From assembly GCA_965231905.1 (NCBI GenBank), contig CBDDOO010000001.1:696235-760234 (forward strand): DNA of 64,000 bases. Direction: 5' to 3'. The notes below the pieces were generated by a model that was not told the DNA's origin, searched no databases, and saw only the letters and a program-made list of their open reading frames with translations. How positions within the stretch are numbered: position 1 is the first letter of the stretch; the number at the start of each line of letters is the position of its first letter. This DNA is from Arenicellales bacterium (GTDB lineage Bacteria; Pseudomonadota; Gammaproteobacteria; Arenicellales; Poriferihabitantaceae). Positions 56,221-64,000 of the stretch are shown here, piece by piece. The position numbers and the translations under genes are program-made.

Positions 56221-56233
56221 ATTATCTGATAAT
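56221..56233 (+). promoter_or_regulatory. palindrome ATTATC-T-GATAAT just upstream of the PCu(A)C gene RBS
   Basis: A perfect 6-1-6 palindrome built from Fur-box-like hexamers, 12 nt upstream of the ATG at 56245. The arrangement is not the canonical 19-bp Fur box. Confidence 0.2.
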
Positions 56234-56244
56234 CTGGAGTAATC

Positions 56245-56742
56245 ATGAAGTCTCGTTTTCCCCTGCCGGTCGCCTTGTTCTTCGGAATCTGTCTTGTGGT
56301 TTCCTCGTCCATGGCACAGGCACAGGGCAATCATCAAATCGTGATCGAAAATGCGTGGTCGTTGCCGCTGCCTGCCGTTGCGGTCAATGGCGCCTCGTAT
56401 CTGACGATTCGCAATCACGGACAGGATGACGCTCATGCCGATAACCTGATTGGCGGCTATTCACCGATCGCCGCGCAGGTGGAAATCCACAATATGATCC
56501 ACAGCGAAGGGCAGATGAAAATGCAGGAAACAGACCGCGTCGGCATTCCGGCGCAAGGCACGGTGGTATTCGAGCCGGGCGCTACGCACATCATGCTGAA
56601 AGGTCTGACCAAACCGTTGGTCGAGGGGGAAATGTTTCCGCTCACCCTGGAGTTCGAGAAAGCGGGGGAGGTCGATGTGATGGTGATGATCGGGCTGCAA
56701 CATGACATGGATCATGACGTACCGAAGAAGCATGCGCATTGA
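56245..56742 (+). CDS. periplasmic copper chaperone PCu(A)C
   Basis: Signal peptide plus the H-X-M ... M-X-M ... HIM pattern (VEIHNMIHSEGQMKMQE, GATHIML) typical of DUF461/PCuAC. Confidence 0.8.
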   Translation: MKSRFPLPVALFFGICLVVSSSMAQAQGNHQIVIENAWSLPLPAVAVNGASYLTIRNHGQDDAHADNLIGGYSPIAAQVEIHNMIHSEGQMKMQETDRVGIPAQGTVVFEPGATHIMLKGLTKPLVEGEMFPLTLEFEKAGEVDVMVMIGLQHDMDHDVPKKHAH

Positions 56743-56779
56743 CCCCCTGCCAGGCGCCGGTATTGACGAATCAGACCCG

Positions 56780-57778
56780 ATGCAGACGTTCACCATCGAC
56801 AATCTTGAATTGCAGTGTGGGGTTACGCTGCGACAAGCCAGACTGGTCTACAAGACTTACGGTGAATTGAACTCCGCCCGCGACAATGTGGTGGTGTTGC
56901 CGACATTCTATACGGGAACCCATATCCGCAACGAGGGCTTTTTCGGGCCGGGCCGGGCGATTGATCCCGGGCGGCATTTCATTATCTCGATCAACCTGTT
57001 CGGTAACGGTTATTCCTCCTCTCCGAGCAACACTCCGCCGCCCCATGACGGACCCCGCTTCCCGGTCGTCACGTTGTATGACAATGTGTATGCCCAGAAC
57101 CGATTGCTGGAGGAACGGTTCGATATACAGGAAATCGCGCTGGTTACGGGTTGGTCGATGGCGGGCTGCCAGTCCTGGCAGTGGGGGGCGCAGTACCCGC
57201 ACAAGGTGCGGGCGATCCTGCCGTTTTGCGGATCCGCTAAAACATCGGTTCACAATCGGGTTTTCCTGGAGGGGGTGAAGGCCGCGTTGACCGCTGACCA
57301 GAGTTTCAATCGGGGAGACTATTCGGCGCCGCCGGTCGCCGGGTTGAAAGCCTTTGCCCGTGTCTACGCCGGATGGGCGTTTTCCCAGTCTTTTTATCGG
57401 CAGGGGCTTTTCCGGCAGCTTGGCTTCGATACCGCCGAAGCGTTGTTGCAGGACTGGGAAGCGGATCACCTTGCCTGGGATGCCAATGACCTGTTGTGCA
57501 AGCTCGATACCTGGCAACGGGGCGATATCAGCGCCAACCCGGTCTACAATGGCGATTTCGAGCGGGCCTTGTCATCGATTCGGGCCAGGACGATTGTTAT
57601 CGCCTGTGACCGCGACCTGTATTTCAGGCCCGCTGACAACAAAATCGAGGTGGCCCATGTACCCGGCGCACAACTGATGGTTTACCAATCCCCCTGGGGG
57701 CACTGCGTCGCTTCTCCCGGTAACGACCCCGGGTTTACCGACTTCCTGGATGCCGCCATCCGCCGGTTGCTGGACTGA
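56780..57778 (+). CDS. alpha/beta hydrolase of the homoserine O-acetyltransferase (MetX-like) family
   Basis: [23 protein letters not shown], the nucleophile elbow GWSMAG and a C-terminal HC pair. The ATG at 56780 is preferred. Its stop overlaps the mcm start. Confidence 0.65.
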   Translation: MQTFTIDNLELQCGVTLRQARLVYKTYGELNSARDNVVVLPTFYTGTHIRNEGFFGPGRAIDPGRHFIISINLFGNGYSSSPSNTPPPHDGPRFPVVTLYDNVYAQNRLLEERFDIQEIALVTGWSMAGCQSWQWGAQYPHKVRAILPFCGSAKTSVHNRVFLEGVKAALTADQSFNRGDYSAPPVAGLKAFARVYAGWAFSQSFYRQGLFRQLGFDTAEALLQDWEADHLAWDANDLLCKLDTWQRGDISANPVYNGDFERALSSIRARTIVIACDRDLYFRPADNKIEVAHVPGAQLMVYQSPWGHCVASPGNDPGFTDFLDAAIRRLLD

Positions 57779-59940
57779 TGGCTGCCGTCCGCGATCCTGC
57801 TTCATCCGGTCTTGACGACTGGCAACGGCGCGCTGCCGGGGAACTGAAGGACCGGAGCCTGTCGGACCTGCACTGGCATACCCCGGAGGGCATTGAGATC
57901 AAGCCGTTGTACACCGCCGAAGATCTGGACCGGATTGCCCATCTGTCTTCGTTGCCGGGGAGCGCTCCGTTTACCCGTGGACCGAGGGCGACCATGTATG
58001 CCGGGCGTCCCTGGACCGTGCGCCAGTACGCCGGATTTTCCACCGCGGAAGAATCGAACGCATTTTATCGAGCCAACCTGGAGGCTGGCCAGACCGGGTT
58101 GTCGGTGGCGTTTGATCTGGCAACCCACCGTGGTTACGATTCCGACCATCCGAGGGTCGAAGGTGATGTCGGCAAGGCAGGGGTAGCGATTGATTCGGTC
58201 GAAGACATGAAAATCCTGTTCGACCGGATTCCGCTCGACCGGATGTCCGTTTCGATGACGATGAATGGCGCCGTATTGCCGATCATGGCGATGTTCATCG
58301 TAGCCGCCGAAGAGCAGGGTGTCGACCAGGCCGTACTGTCCGGCACGTTGCAAAACGACATCCTGAAGGAATTCATGGTGCGCAACACCTATATCTACCC
58401 GCCGCAACCGTCGATGAAAATCGTCTCCGACATTATTGGTTATACTGCCCGCAACATGCCCCGTTTTAACCCGGTTTCGATATCGGGGTATCATATTCAG
58501 GAAGCTGGAGCCACCCTCGTTCAGGAACTCGCCTATACCCTGGCGGACGGGGTGGAATACGTGCGCAGCGCGATTGAAAGCGGCCTGGAAGTCGACCAGT
58601 TCGCGCCGAGGCTGTCTTTTTTCTTTGGCATTGGGATGAATTTCTTCATGGAGATCGCGAAATTGCGCGCCGCGCGAACCCTGTGGTCAACTCTGATGGA
58701 GAAACATTTTTCACCATCAAACCCGGCATCGAAAATGCTGCGGACGCATTGCCAGACTTCGGGGGTCAGCCTGACCAGCCGGGACCCCTACAACAATGTG
58801 ATTCGAACCACGATCGAGGCCCTGGCCGCGGTACTGGGCGGAACCCAGTCGCTGCATACCAATTCCTTCGATGAGGCGCTGGCCCTGCCGACCGGGAATT
58901 CCGCGCGTATTGCCAGAAATACCCAGCTCATCCTCAATCATGAGGCCGGTATCCCCCATGTCATTGATCCGTTAGGCGGCTCCTACTACCTCGAAAGCCT
59001 GACCGACAGCCTGGTCCGGGAAGCCGACAGTCTGATTGATGAAATCGAACAGATGGGAGGCATGACCCGGGCGGTCGAGGCCGGTTTGCCGAAACTGCGT
59101 ATCGAGGAGGCATCGGTCAAGAGGCAGGCCAGGATTGACCGGGGTGAGGAGATCATTGTTGGCGTGAACCGCTATCAGGTCGAGGAGGAAGACGAGATCG
59201 ACATTCTCGTGGTGGACAATCATGCGGTTCGCGAATCCCAGATTGGGCGATTGAAAAACGTACGCAAAAACCGCGATCCCGGCCAGTTCCGCGCGGCGCT
59301 GGACGCATTGAAACAGGCCGCAATTACCGGACAGGGCAATCTGTTGGCCGCAGCCATTCTTGCGGCCCGCGCCCGCGCCAGTGTCGGTGAGATATCCGAC
59401 GTGCTGGAGTCGGTATATAATCGGCATCATGCACAGCCGGGAACCCTGGGCGGGGTGTATGGCAGGGCCTGGCAGGGCGATCAGGAATTTGACAGGTTGA
59501 AGACCCGAATCGAGAAATTCGCGAAGCTCTGCGGACGTCGGCCACGCATGCTGGTGGTCAAGCTGGGACAGGATGGTCATGACCGCGGCGCCCGCACCAT
59601 TGCCACCGCATTCGCTGACATGGGGTTCGATGTTGATATCGGCCCCTTGTTCCAGACTCCGTGTGAGGCGGTCAATCAGGCTATCGAAAACGACGTGCAC
59701 ATCATCGGTATCTCGTCTCAGGCAGGCGGGCACCGTACCCTGGTATCGGCGGTAATGGCAGAACTCAAAGCGGCTGACTGCGATGAAATACAAGTTGTCT
59801 GCGGTGGTGTAATCCCTCCGGCAGATCATGAAATATTGTATGCGGCCGGTGTATCCGCGATCTTTGGCCCAGGCACCCATATCCTGAAGGCGGCTGAACG
59901 GATTCTGGAGCTTCTGGAAAATCAACAGGGTCCGAATTGA
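57778..59940 (+). CDS. methylmalonyl-CoA mutase (single-chain, B12-dependent)
   Basis: [31 protein letters not shown] and the C-terminal B12-binding DGHDRGA motif. Confidence 0.93.
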   Translation: MAAVRDPASSGLDDWQRRAAGELKDRSLSDLHWHTPEGIEIKPLYTAEDLDRIAHLSSLPGSAPFTRGPRATMYAGRPWTVRQYAGFSTAEESNAFYRANLEAGQTGLSVAFDLATHRGYDSDHPRVEGDVGKAGVAIDSVEDMKILFDRIPLDRMSVSMTMNGAVLPIMAMFIVAAEEQGVDQAVLSGTLQNDILKEFMVRNTYIYPPQPSMKIVSDIIGYTARNMPRFNPVSISGYHIQEAGATLVQELAYTLADGVEYVRSAIESGLEVDQFAPRLSFFFGIGMNFFMEIAKLRAARTLWSTLMEKHFSPSNPASKMLRTHCQTSGVSLTSRDPYNNVIRTTIEALAAVLGGTQSLHTNSFDEALALPTGNSARIARNTQLILNHEAGIPHVIDPLGGSYYLESLTDSLVREADSLIDEIEQMGGMTRAVEAGLPKLRIEEASVKRQARIDRGEEIIVGVNRYQVEEEDEIDILVVDNHAVRESQIGRLKNVRKNRDPGQFRAALDALKQAAITGQGNLLAAAILAARARASVGEISDVLESVYNRHHAQPGTLGGVYGRAWQGDQEFDRLKTRIEKFAKLCGRRPRMLVVKLGQDGHDRGARTIATAFADMGFDVDIGPLFQTPCEAVNQAIENDVHIIGISSQAGGHRTLVSAVMAELKAADCDEIQVVCGGVIPPADHEILYAAGVSAIFGPGTHILKAAERILELLENQQGPN

Positions 59941-59941
59941 T

Positions 59942-61474
59942 ATGTCTGAAATAATCGAACAACTGGAGAGAAAGCGCGCCCTGGCCAAGCTCGGCGGTGG
60001 AGAGGCGCGCATCCAGGCCCAGCATGCCAAGGGTAAACTGACTGCCAGGGAGAGAATCGACATCCTGTTCGACGAAGGCAGTTTTGAGGAATGGGACATC
60101 TTCGTGGAACATCGTTGTACCGATTTCGGCATGCAGGACAAAACCATCCCCGGCGACGGCGTGGTGACCGGTTTCGGCGCCATCAACGGACGGCTGGTTT
60201 TTGTTTACAGCCAGGATTTCACGGTATTCGGCGGTTCCCTGTCGGAAGCCCATGCGGAGAAAATCTGCAAGGTGATGGATCAGGCCATCAAGGTAGGCGC
60301 CCCGCTGATCGGGATCAGCGATTCAGGCGGCGCCCGTATCCAGGAAGGGGTGGCATCGCTTGGCGGCTATGCCGAAGTGTTTCAGCGCAATGTGATGGCT
60401 TCGGGGGTGATCCCCCAGATTTCCCTGATCATGGGTCCCTGTGCCGGCGGCGCGGTCTATTCCCCCGCAATCACCGATTTTATTTTCATGGTCGAAGACA
60501 GTTCCTACATGTTTGTCACCGGGCCGGATGTGGTCCGTACCGTGACCCATGAAGAAATCACCGCGGAAGACCTCGGCGGAGCCAGAACCCACACTACCCG
60601 TTCCGGAGTGGCTGATCTGTCGTTCGAGAACGATGTGCAGGCGCTGTTGATGACCCGGCGGTTTGTCAATTTCCTGCCGCTCAGCAATCGGCACAAACCG
60701 CCTCACCGGGATACGACCGACGAACAGGGCCGGTCGGAACCATCGCTGGATACCCTGATACCCGACAATCCGAACCTGCCTTATGACATGAAGGAGTTGA
60801 TCTTCAAGGTAGTCGATGAGGGGGATTTCTTCGAATTGCAGACCCATTACGCCAAGAACATCATTATCGGGTTCGGCAGAATGGAAGGGCGTACAGTCGG
60901 CCTGGTCGCCAATCAGCCGATGGTTCTGGCCGGTTGTCTGGATATCAGCGCCTCCGTCAAGGGCGCCCGGTTTGTGAGATTCTGCGACGCCTTCAATATC
61001 CCGATCATCACTTTTGTCGATGTGCCCGGATTCATGCCCGGCGCCAGTCAGGAATACGGTGGTATCATCACTCACGGCGCCAAGCTGCTGTTCGCCTACG
61101 CCGAATGCACCGCCCCGAAAGTGACCGTAATCACGCGCAAGGCGTATGGCGGCGCCTACGATGTGATGGCTTCAAAACATCTGCGCGGAGACATCAACTT
61201 CGCCTGGCCGAGCGCTGAAATCGCGGTGATGGGACCCAAGGGCGCGGTCGAAATCATTTTTCGCGAGGAAGCCAGGGCGCCGGAACACCTGGAACGCCGG
61301 ACCGAAGATTATCGCCGCAAGTTCGCCAACCCGTTTGTCGCCGGGAGACGAGGCTATATAGATGACGTGATTTTCCCCCGCAACACCCGAAAACGGATTT
61401 GCCGGGCACTCGCGATGCTACAGAACAAGAGTCTGAAAAATCCGTACAAGAAGCATGACAATATCCCGCTTTGA
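59942..61474 (+). CDS. pccB: propionyl-CoA carboxylase beta subunit (carboxyltransferase)
   Basis: 510 aa with an N-terminus ([22 protein letters not shown]) and body typical of acyl-CoA carboxyltransferases. Confidence 0.9.
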   Translation: MSEIIEQLERKRALAKLGGGEARIQAQHAKGKLTARERIDILFDEGSFEEWDIFVEHRCTDFGMQDKTIPGDGVVTGFGAINGRLVFVYSQDFTVFGGSLSEAHAEKICKVMDQAIKVGAPLIGISDSGGARIQEGVASLGGYAEVFQRNVMASGVIPQISLIMGPCAGGAVYSPAITDFIFMVEDSSYMFVTGPDVVRTVTHEEITAEDLGGARTHTTRSGVADLSFENDVQALLMTRRFVNFLPLSNRHKPPHRDTTDEQGRSEPSLDTLIPDNPNLPYDMKELIFKVVDEGDFFELQTHYAKNIIIGFGRMEGRTVGLVANQPMVLAGCLDISASVKGARFVRFCDAFNIPIITFVDVPGFMPGASQEYGGIITHGAKLLFAYAECTAPKVTVITRKAYGGAYDVMASKHLRGDINFAWPSAEIAVMGPKGAVEIIFREEARAPEHLERRTEDYRRKFANPFVAGRRGYIDDVIFPRNTRKRICRALAMLQNKSLKNPYKKHDNIPL

Positions 61475-61514
61475 TCGGAAATCCCGCAGACCCTGTGACA
61501 ATTCTTGAGAAAAT

Positions 61515-63513
<1,999 letters not shown>

Positions 63514-63530
<17 letters not shown>

Positions 63531-64000
63531 CATTGACGCCCTGCGCTCGGCAGACCGCAAGTCACTGGCCCGGAGTATCACATTGCTGGAGTCGACCCGT
63601 GATGACCACCGCCGGCAGGCCGAAGCGCTGATTCAGCGAATCCTGCCATTTAGCGGCCATGCCGTTCGCATCGGCCTGACCGGCGTCCCCGGAGCGGGCA
63701 AATCCAGCCTGATCGAAGTATTGGGGAATTATGTGATTGCGCAAGGACACCGGATCGCCGTGCTGGCGGTGGACCCAAGTTCGACCTTGACCGGAGGCTC
63801 GATTCTCGGTGACAAAACCCGGATGCCGACGCTGGCGACTAACCCCGATGCCTTTATTCGTCCCACTCCGGCCGGGGGAACCCCAGGCGGAGTGGCGCGT
63901 CGTACCCGCGAATCCATTTTGCTGTGCGAGGCGGCCGGATTTGATGTGGTTGTGGTCGAAACCGTCGGCACGGGGCAATCCGAAACCCTGGTCAGCCAGA
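63514..64000 (+). CDS. meaB: methylmalonyl-CoA mutase-associated GTPase MeaB/ArgK (partial, runs off the window)
   Basis: An open frame absent from the ORF track because it has no stop. It reads [11 protein letters not shown]...[12 protein letters not shown]...VDPSS...[11 protein letters not shown]. The start is uncertain (TTG at 63514 is assumed). Confidence 0.8.

Noticed and set aside
58972-60186. 404-aa ORF on the - strand, with a similar one at 61254-62285
   Set aside because: Both are antisense to the mcm/pccB and pccA genes, which have unambiguous family signatures.

Overview
This 64-kb window looks like a proteobacterial chromosome. The yggS-proC-yggT, ampG, pyrE and argC neighbourhood suggests Gammaproteobacteria, but that is an inference. 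My own spot counts of single 60-nt lines give about 60% GC in core genes and about 40-43% in the accessory genes. I could support about 56 protein-coding genes and found no rRNA, tRNA or CRISPR array.

Housekeeping content:
- PFK (probably PPi-dependent), an LpxL-family acyltransferase, an SLC13 permease and class I fumarase
- an MltD-like LysM transglycosylase, pyrF and lutABC
- a single-subunit quinol NO reductase followed 1 nt later by an MTHFR-like gene
- an M16 protease, pncC and a PotABCD-like ABC importer
- pyrE, ampG, yggT-proC-yggS and argC
- PCu(A)C, and a propionate-to-succinate block (mcm, pccB, pccA, meaB)

Accessory content, most notable first:
1. A 2,340-bp IS1595-family element (6649-8988) has perfect 27-bp terminal inverted repeats and an 8-bp target duplication (TAAATTAT). 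It carries a Dam-family methyltransferase and a small nuclease-like gene as overlapping cargo. The methyltransferase is frameshifted inside an 18-G homopolymer, which is either a phase-variable contingency tract or an assembly error.
2. A low-GC island (about 1973-5529) holds a hicBA pair with an atypical HicB, a restriction-gene-first Type II R-M pair and an orphan membrane-anchored protein.
3. A same-strand run of 13 genes (51252 down to 38804) encodes a four-component Rieske oxygenase. Its alpha subunit has the unusual CXH-X26-CXXH spacing reported for methanesulfonate monooxygenase MsmA. The run opens with a PanB paralogue, continues with a NitT/TauT-type ABC importer and ends with a GldG-type ABC-2 system.
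4. Next to that run are a TauE/SafE sulfite-exporter-like gene, a LysR regulator, and a phnA-phnY (phosphonoacetate hydrolase and phosphonoacetaldehyde dehydrogenase) pair with no phnW.

All functional calls rest on motif and family recognition by eye. No database search was run.
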